Shown piece after piece: positions 10,044-20,457 of a stretch of DNA of 64,000 bases. Positions within the stretch are counted from its first letter, which is position 1. Every line of letters starts with the position of its first letter. Below the pieces are notes generated by a model that worked only from the letters and a program-made list of their open reading frames with translations, did not search any database and was not told the DNA's origin. Origin of the DNA: an uncultured Nitrososphaerota archaeon. GTDB taxonomy: Archaea > Thermoproteota > Nitrososphaeria > Nitrososphaerales > Gagatemarchaeaceae. Both the position numbers and the translations under genes were made by a program. The DNA lies in assembly GCA_963718895.1 (NCBI GenBank), contig CAVRAG010000008.1:1440001-1504000 (forward strand), given 5' to 3'.

Positions 10044-11012
10044 CTAGCTGCTCCCTTCCGCCCTCCGCAGGACTCGGAGCGCGTTGAGGGTGATCCATTT
10101 GCTGGGCTTGCCAGGTTCCTCAAGTGCGAAGGCCTTCGGCTTCTTCCGAAGGTCGTAGTCGGCTCCCGCGCCGACGTCGGGGTGGACCTTCTCGAGGAGC
10201 CAGGTTCCATCAGCCCGGCGCTTCTCTTTCAGGATGTCGAGGGCCGGCCGGAGCCGTCTGTCACCTCCATACCCGAGGCTTGTCACGACGTCGAGTCCTA
10301 CCAGGAGGTCGTAGTAGTAGTGATTCGGGTAGTGGAAGCGGAACCAGGGAAGGTACTTCTCCCCGCCGTCGTCGAACAACCGTCTCTCCAGATAGAACTC
10401 CGCGCCCTTCTCGATCGAGTTCCTGACCCTTCTCGTCCGTCTCGATTCCGGGAGAGCCGAATATGCCGCGAGCGCCTCCCAGCAGTCGAGCGTGCCCCTG
10501 TCAGACTTGAAGCAGTGCCAGCCCCCATCCTCTTTTTGGTCCTCAATCAGCCGGTCGAAGAGCTTCCTCACCCTCGGGTCGTCTCCGTACCCGAAACGGG
10601 TCATGTAGCGAGCGGTGTTCCCGACTATGCAGACCTCGTCCTTGAAGATGTTCTCCTTCTTGTCGTCCATCCACTCCCTGAAGAACAACTCTGCGGTCTT
10701 CGCTATTCTGGGGTCATCCTTCGTCAGACCGAGGTCGGAGAGAACGAGCGCCATCCAGTTCGTCGCGGTGTACTTCGGGCCGTAGAGGGACCCGTTCGAC
10801 CTTGTCTGCCAGCGCCCGTCCGGCTTCTGTCTCCTAAGGATGTCGGAGGCCCAGCCCTTCTTCTGGATGTCCGAGTGTGCGGCGATTGCCTGTGGGTCGT
10901 TCCTTCGCCGCCCCATAAGGTCGGTGAGGGCGAAGTAGCGGACCGACGGCTGGTCGTCCTCCAACAGCCAGTCCATCACCCGGGACTCTGTTCTCTGGTC
11001 TGCTTCTTTCAA
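10044..11012 (-). CDS. Prenyltransferase/squalene-cyclase repeat protein
   Basis: QKPDGRW and QKEDGGW QW-type repeats; YYYDLL. Confidence 0.85.
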   Translation of the reverse strand: MKEADQRTESRVMDWLLEDDQPSVRYFALTDLMGRRRNDPQAIAAHSDIQKKGWASDILRRQKPDGRWQTRSNGSLYGPKYTATNWMALVLSDLGLTKDDPRIAKTAELFFREWMDDKKENIFKDEVCIVGNTARYMTRFGYGDDPRVRKLFDRLIEDQKEDGGWHCFKSDRGTLDCWEALAAYSALPESRRTRRVRNSIEKGAEFYLERRLFDDGGEKYLPWFRFHYPNHYYYDLLVGLDVVTSLGYGGDRRLRPALDILKEKRRADGTWLLEKVHPDVGAGADYDLRKKPKAFALEEPGKPSKWITLNALRVLRRAEGSS

Positions 11013-11241
11013 TCTGCCAGATTACGACGTGGCTGGATAATTAAGTAATTTCCGCCTTGAGCGGGGAGCTCGAGAACGTCGGGTGCATCACGCCGGCGCG
11101 CGCCCTTAACGGCCGTTGATTCCCTTTGTTATCAGGGGTATCTCGGTCAATTGACTGATGCGGAAGTCTGGATCTCCTTCTTTCGTTTCGTTCTCTGTCT
11201 GAATCAGGATTGACGTCATGCCGGCGGCCTTCGCTCCGTCC

Positions 11242-12636
11242 TCAATGACGGAACGCACCAGCCGACTCGGTATCGCGGACCGGCACGGCCTGCTTCTGCA
11301 GATGTGGGAGCTGGCGCTTCATGTCCGTAATCAGCATGTCCGCGAGGTCGTGGCTGAACCCTGCTCTTACGACGACGCGCAGCACGGCCAGGTCCGTGCG
11401 GTTCTTCGGGAACGTATAGGCGGGCAGAGTCCAGCCGCGCTCGCGGAGCGCGCTTGACACGTCGAACACGGTGTAGTTCTTGACACTCTCCTTCAGCTTG
11501 AATGCGAACACGGGCAGCTCGTCGCCCCTTGTGACGAGCTCGAACATGCCCAGCTTCTCGATCTCTCCCGAGAGATACGTGGCCACGTCCCGGGCGTATT
11601 GCTGGACCCTTGTGTAGCCTCCGAAACCGAGACGGAGGAAGTTGTAGTACTGCAAGACGATCTGCGATCCCGGCCGCGAGAAGTTGAGCGCGAAGGTCGG
11701 CATGTTGCCCCCAAGGTAGTTGACCTTGAAGATGAGGTCCTCTGGTAGCGCCTCAGCGTCCCGCCACAGGATCCACCCGACCCCAGGATACACGAGGCCG
11801 TACTTGTGTCCGGACGTGTTGATGGAAGCCACGCGCGGGAGGCGGAAGTCCCACTCGAGCTCTCTGTCCAGAAAGGGGGCGATCATGCCGCCCGACGCGG
11901 CATCGACGTGCACCGGAACATCGATCCCGGTCCTTGCCTGGAACCCGTCGAGAGCCTTGCAGATCTCCTTGATCGGCTCGTATGACCCGTCATACGTCGA
12001 ACCCATTATGGCGACGACGCCGATGGTGTCCTCATCGCAGAGCTTGACGGCCTCTTTGGCATCGAGGTGGAAGCGGTCGCCCTCCATGGGCACCAGGCGC
12101 ATCTCGACGTCCCAGTAGTTGCAGAACTTCTCCCAGCAGACCTGCACGTTGATGCCCATCACCATGTTGGGTCTGTCGGCGGGCTTTCCCTGGGCCCTTC
12201 TCTTGTGCTGCCAGCGACGCTTGAGCGCCAGACCCCCGAGCATCGCCGCCTCGCTCGAACCGGTCGTGGAGCACCCGGTGGCTCTGGTCACGTCAGGAGA
12301 GTGAAACAGGTGGGCGAGCATGTTGACGCAGCGCATCTCGAGCTCTGCGGTCTGGGGATACTCGTCCTTGTCGATCATGTTCTTGTCGTATGTCTCCGCG
12401 TAGAGCTTCTGGGCCTGCGGTTCCATCCAGGTGCCGACAAAGGTCGCCAGATTCAGTCTGGCATCACCGTCTAGCAGCAGCTCGTCATGAACTATCTGAT
12501 ATGCTATGTTGGGATCCATGCTATCGGCCGGCATCTCGTTTCTCGGGACCGGCTTCAATCCCTCCCCAACGAATACAGGGTCCAGCGACAGGTTCCGCTT
12601 TCCGGTTCGGGGATTCTTCGGGTGCATGAGAGGCAT
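11242..12636 (-). CDS. gadB: Glutamate decarboxylase (PLP-dependent)
   Basis: NLATFV, NMIDKDEYP, HVDAASGG, SGHKYGLVYPG. Confidence 0.96.
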   Translation of the reverse strand: MPLMHPKNPRTGKRNLSLDPVFVGEGLKPVPRNEMPADSMDPNIAYQIVHDELLLDGDARLNLATFVGTWMEPQAQKLYAETYDKNMIDKDEYPQTAELEMRCVNMLAHLFHSPDVTRATGCSTTGSSEAAMLGGLALKRRWQHKRRAQGKPADRPNMVMGINVQVCWEKFCNYWDVEMRLVPMEGDRFHLDAKEAVKLCDEDTIGVVAIMGSTYDGSYEPIKEICKALDGFQARTGIDVPVHVDAASGGMIAPFLDRELEWDFRLPRVASINTSGHKYGLVYPGVGWILWRDAEALPEDLIFKVNYLGGNMPTFALNFSRPGSQIVLQYYNFLRLGFGGYTRVQQYARDVATYLSGEIEKLGMFELVTRGDELPVFAFKLKESVKNYTVFDVSSALRERGWTLPAYTFPKNRTDLAVLRVVVRAGFSHDLADMLITDMKRQLPHLQKQAVPVRDTESAGAFRH

Positions 12637-12708
12637 TAGTACGCCTCCTCAGCTGTGGGGAGCTGGGCAAAAAAGTTACTTGGTCTACAACTCTGAAGGG
12701 GTTGTTTT

Positions 12709-12744
12709 GCCATGCGTGAGGGTTCATTGCGCCTCGCCGGGAAT
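12709..12744 (+). repeat. Cassette repeat copy (left arm + core)
   Basis: GCCATGCGTGAGGGTTCATTGCGCCTCGCCGGGAAT. Confidence 0.9.
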
Positions 12745-12791
12745 CCCGAAATGCAAAGGGTAAAAGCGCAGGCCGGCGCTGATGCCGGTCG

Positions 12792-14492
12792 ATGGGGAAG
12801 CTAGAGTCGGGCGCGCTCGGACTCCTGGCGGCGGACTACTGGCAGCAGAGGTTGGCGGACGAGCCGCTCATGGCGACAGCTCTCGGGGACAGGAGATATG
12901 ACGGCAGGCTCCCCGACATCTCGCCGGAAGGCCGCGCCGCGATCAGGGAGCGGTACGAGGCGGTCGTCCGGAGGTGCGAGGACATCGGGGAGGACGCGCT
13001 GGCTCCGTCCGAGCGGCTAACGAGGACGGCCCTCCTGGTCGACGCCCGCTCGCAGATCGACTACAGCCTTTGCGACCTCGACGACTGGACGGTTGACCCG
13101 CTGCAGGGCCCGCAGGTCCTTCTGATGAACGTCGAGTCCTTCCAGCCGGTTAGGACCACGGAGGAGGGGAGGGCGATGGTCATGCGGTGGCGGGCCATCG
13201 GGCCGTACATGGAGCGGCACCTGGCGAACCTCGAGGCCGGGGCGGCCTCCGGGAAGTTCGCGGTGAGGGCGGGGGTCGAGAAGGTCCTCGACGAGCTCCA
13301 GGACCTGCTGGCGAGGCCTGATCCGGAGTGGGCCCTTCTGAGGCCGCTGCGGGACGGCCATCCGGACTGGCCTGAAGAGGAAAGGCGAGCGTTCAGAGAG
13401 GGGCTGACCGGGGCCGTGAGGGAGACCGCGCGCCCCGTCTTCGCACGGTATCTGGAGTTCCTGAAGTCCGTCGTGCTTCCCCGGGCGCGGCCGCAGGAGC
13501 GCCCAGGGATATCCGACATACCCGGCGGCAGGGAGGACTACGCCAGGCTTATCAGGGTCCACACGTCCCTCGACCTGACCCCCGAGGAGCTGCACCAGAC
13601 AGGACTGAACGAGGTGGCGAGGATCAACGGGGAGATGGAGGCGCTCGGGGAGAAGGTGTTCGGGACCGGGGACAGGAAAGAGATACTGAACCGGCTCAGG
13701 ACCGACCGCTTACTGTACTTCTCGGATGGTGGAGAGGTGGAGGCCAAGGCCAGAGCGGCGCTCGCCAGGGCGAGCGCGGCCATCGGTGCGTGGTTCGGCA
13801 GGCTCCCGAAGACCCCCTGCGAGGTCGTGAGGATGGAGGCGCACGAGGAGAAGCACTCCACCATCGCGTACTACCGCCCCCCGGCCGCGGACGGTTCAAG
13901 GCCGGGAAGGTACTACATCAACACGTCCGCGCCCGACACCAGGCCGAGATACGAGGCGGAGGCTCTGGCCTATCACGAGTCCGTGCCGGGGCACCACCTG
14001 CAGATAGCGATAGCCCAGGAGCTGGAGGGGATACCGGAGTTCAGGAAGAACGGCGGGGTGACCGCATTTGTCGAGGGGTGGGGGCTCTACTCGGAGCGCC
14101 TCGCCGACGAGATGGGCCTGTACTCGTCCGACCTGGACAGGATTGGGATACTCTCGTACGACGCGTGGCGGGCCTGCCGGCTGGTGGTCGACACCGGGAT
14201 GCACGCCCTCGACTGGTCCAGGAGCCAGGCCATCGACTACATGACGCAGAACACCGCCCTGGCCGCGAACAACATCGCCAACGAGGTGGACAGGTACATC
14301 ACCTGGCCCGGCCAGGCGCTGGCCTATAAGACGGGACAGCTCGAGATGATGAGGCTCCGCCGCGAGGCCGCAGGCAGCCTCGGGGACAGGTTCGACATCC
14401 GCTCCTTCCATGACGCCCTGCTGGACAGCGGGGCCGTACCGCTGACGGCTCTCCGGCAGATTATCAGAGGATACGCGGGCTCCAGCAGGTAG
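12792..14492 (+). CDS. DUF885 family protein (metallopeptidase-like)
   Basis: HESVPGHHLQ, EGWGLYSE, RLVVDTGMH, PGQALAYK. Confidence 0.95.
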   Translation: MGKLESGALGLLAADYWQQRLADEPLMATALGDRRYDGRLPDISPEGRAAIRERYEAVVRRCEDIGEDALAPSERLTRTALLVDARSQIDYSLCDLDDWTVDPLQGPQVLLMNVESFQPVRTTEEGRAMVMRWRAIGPYMERHLANLEAGAASGKFAVRAGVEKVLDELQDLLARPDPEWALLRPLRDGHPDWPEEERRAFREGLTGAVRETARPVFARYLEFLKSVVLPRARPQERPGISDIPGGREDYARLIRVHTSLDLTPEELHQTGLNEVARINGEMEALGEKVFGTGDRKEILNRLRTDRLLYFSDGGEVEAKARAALARASAAIGAWFGRLPKTPCEVVRMEAHEEKHSTIAYYRPPAADGSRPGRYYINTSAPDTRPRYEAEALAYHESVPGHHLQIAIAQELEGIPEFRKNGGVTAFVEGWGLYSERLADEMGLYSSDLDRIGILSYDAWRACRLVVDTGMHALDWSRSQAIDYMTQNTALAANNIANEVDRYITWPGQALAYKTGQLEMMRLRREAAGSLGDRFDIRSFHDALLDSGAVPLTALRQIIRGYAGSSR

Positions 14493-14719
14493 AGACTTCC
14501 TGGGGTTGGGCCAATTGCGCCCCCTTTGGAATCCAGGTCGCTGACCCATAGCCATGGCGCGTCAATCGCGGGGCTTCTACTGTTCAGCCTACCAATCAGA
14601 AGTGATGCACTGACAGGTGTGGGCTCTCGAGGGACTACGCTTCTAGATTCCTCTAGCAGAAAGCCCGCGGACAAAGATAGACTAGGTCTATGTCTCCCGA
14701 GAGGATACATGCTTCGGCA

Positions 14720-15193
14720 ATGAAACTGGGAAGGAAGCGGGCGCCTGCGGTTGCCGGCATTGCCTCAGTCGCACTCGTCGCAATCTTATTGACATTTCTT
14801 CCCCAGACCGGAGGCCTTTCTAACGGACAGTGCAAAGGTCTTCCCGGTTGCCCCTTCTCCGTCGAAGGCGACATCTTCATCGCAACCGCCGTGGGCGGGG
14901 GCATGATCACCCTTACTGTCACAAACTACTCGAACTACCCCCTTTCAAACATCACGTTCTCGGGGATCACGCCCAACGTCGACGGCCTGACAGTCTTCAC
15001 GCCGTTCGCCTGCAACGGCAGAGTGGTCAGTTCTGCGAACCTCCTGCAGTTCGGAGGAAACTCCACGGGGTACTACTCCTTCACCTGGGGTGGGAGCGTC
15101 TCTACGACCTACACGCTGGTCGTGACGGCCACCATGACAAACGGCCAGGTCGTGACCTGGCAGGCCAGCGCCGTCTCCTACTCATGGTCTTAG
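14720..15193 (+). CDS. Secreted or membrane-anchored beta-rich hypothetical protein
   Basis: Basic N-terminus followed by hydrophobic helix; Thr/Ser/Gly-rich. Confidence 0.7.
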   Translation: MKLGRKRAPAVAGIASVALVAILLTFLPQTGGLSNGQCKGLPGCPFSVEGDIFIATAVGGGMITLTVTNYSNYPLSNITFSGITPNVDGLTVFTPFACNGRVVSSANLLQFGGNSTGYYSFTWGGSVSTTYTLVVTATMTNGQVVTWQASAVSYSWS

Positions 15194-15388
15194 TCGCTCC
15201 TCGTAGGAGGGGAGGCTCTCTCGGTCAGGAGTTCGCCTTCGACCTGACCAAATGCTCCGCGGCCGAAGAGGGCATGCTGCTCCGGTTACCCCTGCTTTGA
15301 TGGCGTCGTCGTCCGTGCTCCAAATCACAGCGGCGGTCTTCTCGAGACGAGGAGTAAGCGTATTAGCCAGTGATGGGGAGAACGGGCC

Positions 15389-15619
15389 ATGAAGAAGGCG
15401 TTCGTCTTGGTCAACGTGGAGTTGGGCTCGGATGACGAAGTGGAATCCAAACTGAAGGAGATCCAGCCCGGCTTGGGAGTCTATCAGGTCTACGGCGTGT
15501 ACGACCTCGTGGTCGAGGTCCATGCCGAATCGGACAAGGAACTCAAGGACGTCATATTCTCGATGATCCGCTCCCTGAATCACGTGAAGTCGACGCTTAC
15601 GCTCTCTGTGGTCGAATGA
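15389..15619 (+). CDS. Stand-alone Lrp/AsnC ligand-binding (RAM) domain protein
   Basis: AFVLVNVELG...VYGVYDLVV...STLTL. Confidence 0.92.
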   Translation: MKKAFVLVNVELGSDDEVESKLKEIQPGLGVYQVYGVYDLVVEVHAESDKELKDVIFSMIRSLNHVKSTLTLSVVE

Positions 15620-15677
15620 CGGGGCATCACTGTCATCTTACCAATGTTTTTTACGTTCCACTGACCCCAGCGAAGGG

Positions 15678-16220
15678 ATGACTCACCAGGGGCCGCCCCC
15701 GACCCGGGACGAGAAGGTGGTGAACCTCATGACGAACTACACAATGCTCTTCGCGAGCATGTTCGAGGATGTCTTTGCCGACCTAGTGGCCAAGATGGCT
15801 GAGGTGACCGTGGGGATGGGCGACGCAATTGCGGGTGCGATGTCGGAAGGTCTCTCCGGCGGCTCTCACGAGGGTGCGGTAGCAAAGAAATCGGAGGAGA
15901 AAGTCCAGCCGGAAATCGGGGCCCAGGCCTCGGAGGAGATCAAGAAGATGTTCTCAGGACTCAGGGATCAGGTGTCCTCGAAGATGCACGAGAACAGTCC
16001 CGAGTTCAAGGCCTACCTCACGAATCCGGCCTTCGACCAGGGCATCGCGATAGTGGAGAAGTATGACTTCGGCCGGCTGAGGATCACGGAGAAACTGGGC
16101 GACGGGGACCTGGCCTCTTACCTCCTCCTTCTCAAGTCGGGCGACGAAACGTTGGGGAAGATGTTCCAGGAGCTGGGTCAGTGGCAAGAAGGTCTTCCCA
16201 AACCCCCGGTCAGAGACTGA
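15678..16220 (+). CDS. Hypothetical helical protein
   Basis: 180-aa ORF with typical codon usage. Confidence 0.7.
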   Translation: MTHQGPPPTRDEKVVNLMTNYTMLFASMFEDVFADLVAKMAEVTVGMGDAIAGAMSEGLSGGSHEGAVAKKSEEKVQPEIGAQASEEIKKMFSGLRDQVSSKMHENSPEFKAYLTNPAFDQGIAIVEKYDFGRLRITEKLGDGDLASYLLLLKSGDETLGKMFQELGQWQEGLPKPPVRD

Positions 16221-16243
16221 GCAACTCGGAATTCTGTCGAGAC

Positions 16244-16290
16244 GATGCGTTGGGCTGATTGCGCCTCCGCCGGGGCATTCATGCAAAGGT
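16244..16290 (+). repeat. Cassette repeat copy
   Basis: GATGCGTTGGGCTGATTGCGCCTCCGCCGGGGCATTCATGC. Confidence 0.85.
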
Positions 16291-16325
16291 CGGACAGTTG
16301 CTGCCAGACGGTGATTCACGCTTGA

Positions 16326-18260
16326 CTAGGCCTGGGCCCGAATCGTCCTTTCCAACTTTTCCATCAGTCTGGCGTATCGCGGATCCGCCTTTGACTTGGC
16401 GAAGAGAGGGCAATACATGACGTATCCGTACTGCAGGACGTGCTGGTCGGTTGCCTTATTCATGTAGACGAAGTAGGAATCGAGGTCGCCCAGGGCGTAG
16501 TGGATGTACCCGATGTCGCTGAGGTTGGTGGCGCCAATCCAGTTCTCCTCAATCTTCTTGATGGCCTGGAGCGCGCCGTCCCTGTCCCCCGTCTGCGCAG
16601 CTATGAAACCGCCCATCCAGGTCACCCAACGATGTGTGGGCTCGAACTTCCCTGCCATAGCGAAATACTCCTTCGCCTTCGCGATGTCTCCGTTGTAGAG
16701 GTAGTACTCTGTCATTGCCCTGTACGTCCCCGCCGGTGCCACCTGGGCGGTCCTCTCCCAGAACGAAAGCGCTTCGCTCTCTCTTCCCAGGTAGAAGTAG
16801 AAGCGTCCGACCCGCTCGACGTAGCGGGGGGTCACCGGGTCCAAGCGGTAGCAGGCCTCGGCCAGCCTTAGTCCCTCGTCTCTGTCGCCTTTCAAGAGGA
16901 CTATGTTGGACAGTATGTTGTACGTCTCCGCGATGTTTGGGTTTAGCTCCACGGCCCGCTTCGCTTCGGCTTCGCTGCCTGGGACATCGTCCTCCTGGAA
17001 GTAGATCCGCGCAAGACCTGCGTGGGCTTCGGCGAGCTCGGGGTCCAGCTGGATCGCCTTCGTCAAAGCGAGCTCGGCCTTCGGAATCACCCGCTCATAG
17101 GAGTCGTGGCCATAGGTCAAGAGCAGCAGGAAGCACTCCGCCAGCCCGACGTAGGCCTTCGCAAAGGAAGGGTCGAGCGCCGCCGCTTTCTCAAAGAGCC
17201 CCACGGCCTGGGTGAGGGAGTGCTGGGTACCCTCCCGGACCAGCTCTCTTCCCCGCAGGTAGTATGTGTAGGCCTCGGTGTTCTCAGTCGCCTTCTTCTC
17301 GATGACTCGCTTCTCCGAGTCGACGAGCCTGATCTTGAGCTCCCCGGCCACCTTCTCTGCGATCTCCGACTGGATGGCGAAGATGTCCTCCAGCTGCCTG
17401 TCGTAGTTCTGGGCCCAGAGGTGCCCCTCGGTCGCAGCGTCGATGAGCTGCGCGGTGATCCTCACCCTGCTTCCCGCCTTCCTCACGCTTCCCTCTATCA
17501 GGCTCCCGGCGTTCAGCTCCTTCCCCACCTCCGATGCGCCTTTGGGAGAGCCCTTGTACTTCATCACCGAGGTCCTCGCGATGACGGTCAGCTGCCTCAC
17601 GCTCGAGAGGGACGTGATGAGCTCTTCTGTCATGCCGTCCGCGAAGTATCCTTCTTCGGGGTCGGAGCTCAGGTTGGCGAAGGGGAGGACTGCGATGCGC
17701 TTCTTATCCAGGCCGGTTCCAGGTGCCTCCTGCCTCTCCCAGGGAAAGACGATGCGGAAGACCTCGACGGCCTCCCCGACGTTCTTCAGCTCCTTCCTGC
17801 CGATGCTGACGAGCTGGAAGTCGGACTTGTTCCTTATCTGGTCGTGGACCTGCTCGGTGACGCACACGCCTCCAGGAAGGGCGAGAGGCTCGATCCTCGA
17901 GGCCAGGTTGACGGCGTCGCCGTAGACGTCCCCCTGACTGTGGATGACGTCTCCCAGGTGGACGCCTATGCGAAGCATGAACTTGGTCTCGACCGACCGG
18001 CCGGAGTTCGCCTCGTGCAGAGACTGTTGAATATCGAAGGCGCACCTGACCGCCTCGAGGGCGCTGCCGAACTCCACCAGAAACGCATCTCCGATGGTCT
18101 TGACTTCTTTTCCGTTGTGCCTGGGGAAGAACGGTCTGACAAGGCGGCGCTGCTCCTCGAGGAGCTCCATGGCGAGCGCCTCGTCCTTCTGTGTGAGGGA
18201 GGTGTAGCCCACGATGTCGGTGAACATTATTGCAGCGAGTTTTCGCTCGCCTTCTGGCAT
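16326..18260 (-). CDS. Class III adenylate/guanylate cyclase with TolB-like domain and TPR repeats
   Basis: LAAIMFTDIVGY, GDAVNLASR, IAVLPFANLS, TPR C-terminus. Confidence 0.93.
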   Translation of the reverse strand: MPEGERKLAAIMFTDIVGYTSLTQKDEALAMELLEEQRRLVRPFFPRHNGKEVKTIGDAFLVEFGSALEAVRCAFDIQQSLHEANSGRSVETKFMLRIGVHLGDVIHSQGDVYGDAVNLASRIEPLALPGGVCVTEQVHDQIRNKSDFQLVSIGRKELKNVGEAVEVFRIVFPWERQEAPGTGLDKKRIAVLPFANLSSDPEEGYFADGMTEELITSLSSVRQLTVIARTSVMKYKGSPKGASEVGKELNAGSLIEGSVRKAGSRVRITAQLIDAATEGHLWAQNYDRQLEDIFAIQSEIAEKVAGELKIRLVDSEKRVIEKKATENTEAYTYYLRGRELVREGTQHSLTQAVGLFEKAAALDPSFAKAYVGLAECFLLLLTYGHDSYERVIPKAELALTKAIQLDPELAEAHAGLARIYFQEDDVPGSEAEAKRAVELNPNIAETYNILSNIVLLKGDRDEGLRLAEACYRLDPVTPRYVERVGRFYFYLGRESEALSFWERTAQVAPAGTYRAMTEYYLYNGDIAKAKEYFAMAGKFEPTHRWVTWMGGFIAAQTGDRDGALQAIKKIEENWIGATNLSDIGYIHYALGDLDSYFVYMNKATDQHVLQYGYVMYCPLFAKSKADPRYARLMEKLERTIRAQA

Positions 18261-18367
18261 TCAGACCGCAACTGGCTCGTACCGTGTAAAAGCTTTTCGC
18301 GCCTGGCGGAGAACGTAGAGGGTCTCCGGACGCTGCTTGGTTCGCAGTTCCGAGGAATGTCATCACT

Positions 18368-18396
18368 GTATGGGGTTCATTGCTCTCCGCCAGGAC
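18368..18396 (+). repeat. Cassette repeat copy
   Basis: GTATGGGGTTCATTGCTCTCCGCCAGGAC. Confidence 0.8.
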
Positions 18397-18487
18397 GGAT
18401 TCTCAGCCCACTGTGAGTTTGATGTCCCCCAAATGACGAATGGTGACTTGGCAAAAGATTAACTATTATGGCTTCGCTGAGTATTCA

Positions 18488-18976
18488 ATGGACGTTACAC
18501 GAGTCTCCAAGACGATCAATGCGCCATTGCGCTACGTATACAACTGGTGCACCGACTTCCGTGAAGACGACCCCAAGATCACAGGCTCCAAGAGCCAGAG
18601 GAAGATTGTTGAGAAGACACGAAGGAGGGTAATCTACGTCCAGATCTACGTCGGAGCAGACGCCACCCAGAAGATGGAGGTTGACATTGTCACACTGAAG
18701 CCTCCGACTTCATGGCATCTTGACGCCTTCGGGGAGGAGGAAGACGAAACGGGCGAGTACCGCCTCAAGAGTCTGGGGAAGAACAAGACCAGAATCGACA
18801 TGGTCTTCAAGGACAAGTGGAAGAACATCGCGAGGGTCCCATTAGCAGAGGAGAGCGTGAAGCGCACGAACGAAGTGTGGGACAAGTATGTGGCCTCGCT
18901 CGAGAAGGAATACAACTCGAAGGGCAAGTTACGGACGCACAATCATTCGTTCATGTTGACTGGGCCTCTGTCATAG
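18488..18976 (+). CDS. SRPBCC/START-like hypothetical protein
   Basis: INAPLRYVYNWCTDF N-terminus and C-terminal helix. Confidence 0.65.
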   Translation: MDVTRVSKTINAPLRYVYNWCTDFREDDPKITGSKSQRKIVEKTRRRVIYVQIYVGADATQKMEVDIVTLKPPTSWHLDAFGEEEDETGEYRLKSLGKNKTRIDMVFKDKWKNIARVPLAEESVKRTNEVWDKYVASLEKEYNSKGKLRTHNHSFMLTGPLS

Positions 18977-19000
18977 AGTTCGTGGCGCCTCCACCAGTGC
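18976..19000 (+). repeat. Cassette repeat copy (degenerate)
   Basis: GAGTTCGTGGCGCCTCCACCAGTGC. Confidence 0.5.
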
Positions 19001-19200
19001 GTTCAGCTCGGGCCTATCTGCGTGTCCCATCGCCGCACGGACAACGGAGATGTTGAGCCGACCGAACAATAGAACCGGGACGCCTGACAGGCGGCGGAAT
19101 CTTGATGCGGCAAAGGCATCTCTTCGTGAACGATTGAGACAGGTGGGTGGCTTCGCAGGCTTAAATAACGAGCGTGGCAATTCGCCGCGATTCTCCAGTC

Positions 19201-20307
19201 ATGAGACCTCTTCTCATAGGACTGAACTCGGCGTCAGAACAATACACCCCCCTGGACCTGATCAAACGCGGTCTCGGCGCTCATCAATCTGGTTTTGACT
19301 CCTTTTGGATTTCGGACCACTTCCATCCCTGGTTCCACACCGGGGCGCACAGCAGCTTTGCCTGGGAGGTAATCGCTGCAATGACCGCCAGGAGCGACAG
19401 GCTCGTCATGGGCACGAGCGTCACTGCGCCGCTGTTCAGATACAATCCTGCGATAGTGGCCCAGGCGTTCTCCACCCTCTCCTACCTGGCCCCCGGGAGG
19501 ATCTGGCTCGGCATGGCAACGGGAGAGGGGTTGAACGAGGTGCCCTGCGGGTACCAGTGGCCTAGCTCGCACGCGGAGAGGATCAGGAGGCTGAGGGAGG
19601 CGACGATCATCGTAAGACTCCTCTGGACGAAGGAGTTCATCACGTTCAAGGGAGAGCATTACAGCCTGCACAAGGCCAATCTTTACGACAAACCGCAGAT
19701 ACCGATTCCGATACACCTCTCCGGGTTCGGTCCCCACTCTGCGGAACTCGCGGGGGAGCTGGGCGATGGCCTCATGACGGTCGGGCCCGTAGACCCGACG
19801 AGAGCCAGAGAAGTCCTGTTTCCGGCGGTCGAGAGGGGGGCAAGGCTGAGCGGCCGCAAGCTGGACGACATCGAGAAATCGATGGTGCTCGGACTCGGCT
19901 TTCATACAGACCGGGAGAAAGCCATAGACGCGCTGCTCCCGTGGCGGGGGTCGATGCTCCCTGTATTCGCCGATTCGGAGGTTCATGATCCGCGAGTCAT
20001 CGAGGAGAACGGGAATCGCGTCGGAAGAGATACGATAGAGAAACACATGGTCATCGCGACCTCTCCAGAGGACGTGATCTCCGCGGTCGAGCGGCATGTC
20101 AAGCTGGGGTTCGACCATATAGGTCTGGCCATCTCCGGAGACCTGCCAGCCTTTCTCGACGCCGCGAAGCGGAAGATCCTGCCATACTTCCGCGAGGAAT
20201 ACAAAGACAGAAGGTTCAACGGCGAGTATCGCGGCCGATATGATTGGGAAAATCTGAAGAGGATTCTGGACGCAAAGGACCTTGGTCACAAGGTCAGGTT
20301 GCCGTGA
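19201..20307 (+). CDS. F420-dependent LLM oxidoreductase (G6PDH/Fgd-like)
   Basis: SDHFHPW, TSVTAP, GEGLNE. Confidence 0.92.
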   Translation: MRPLLIGLNSASEQYTPLDLIKRGLGAHQSGFDSFWISDHFHPWFHTGAHSSFAWEVIAAMTARSDRLVMGTSVTAPLFRYNPAIVAQAFSTLSYLAPGRIWLGMATGEGLNEVPCGYQWPSSHAERIRRLREATIIVRLLWTKEFITFKGEHYSLHKANLYDKPQIPIPIHLSGFGPHSAELAGELGDGLMTVGPVDPTRAREVLFPAVERGARLSGRKLDDIEKSMVLGLGFHTDREKAIDALLPWRGSMLPVFADSEVHDPRVIEENGNRVGRDTIEKHMVIATSPEDVISAVERHVKLGFDHIGLAISGDLPAFLDAAKRKILPYFREEYKDRRFNGEYRGRYDWENLKRILDAKDLGHKVRLP

Positions 20308-20432
20308 CCATTTTCCCGAGTCGTCCTGCTCCTCAATCTCATCGAGACTGACTTGGCTGTGGGTCGACACATCTCTAGATTAGGTTGGAGCCTCTTGACA
20401 ATGCTTGGCTTCATCAGAGATTTCGGGCTGTC

Positions 20433-20457
20433 CTAGGGCTCATTGCGCCTCAGGGGC
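20433..20457 (+). repeat. Cassette repeat copy (overlaps GNAT stop codon)
   Basis: CTAGGGCTCATTGCGCCTCAGGGGC. Confidence 0.7.

Noticed and set aside
14508-14524. Very degenerate copies at ~11081, ~14508, ~24031 and ~40743
   Set aside because: Located at plausible gene boundaries but too few matches to call without an HMM.
17022-18416. Long antisense ORFs (e.g. 17022-18416, 19234-20370, 10182-11048, 7586-8545)
   Set aside because: Shadow or alternative frames of well-supported genes in GC-rich DNA, with no motifs.
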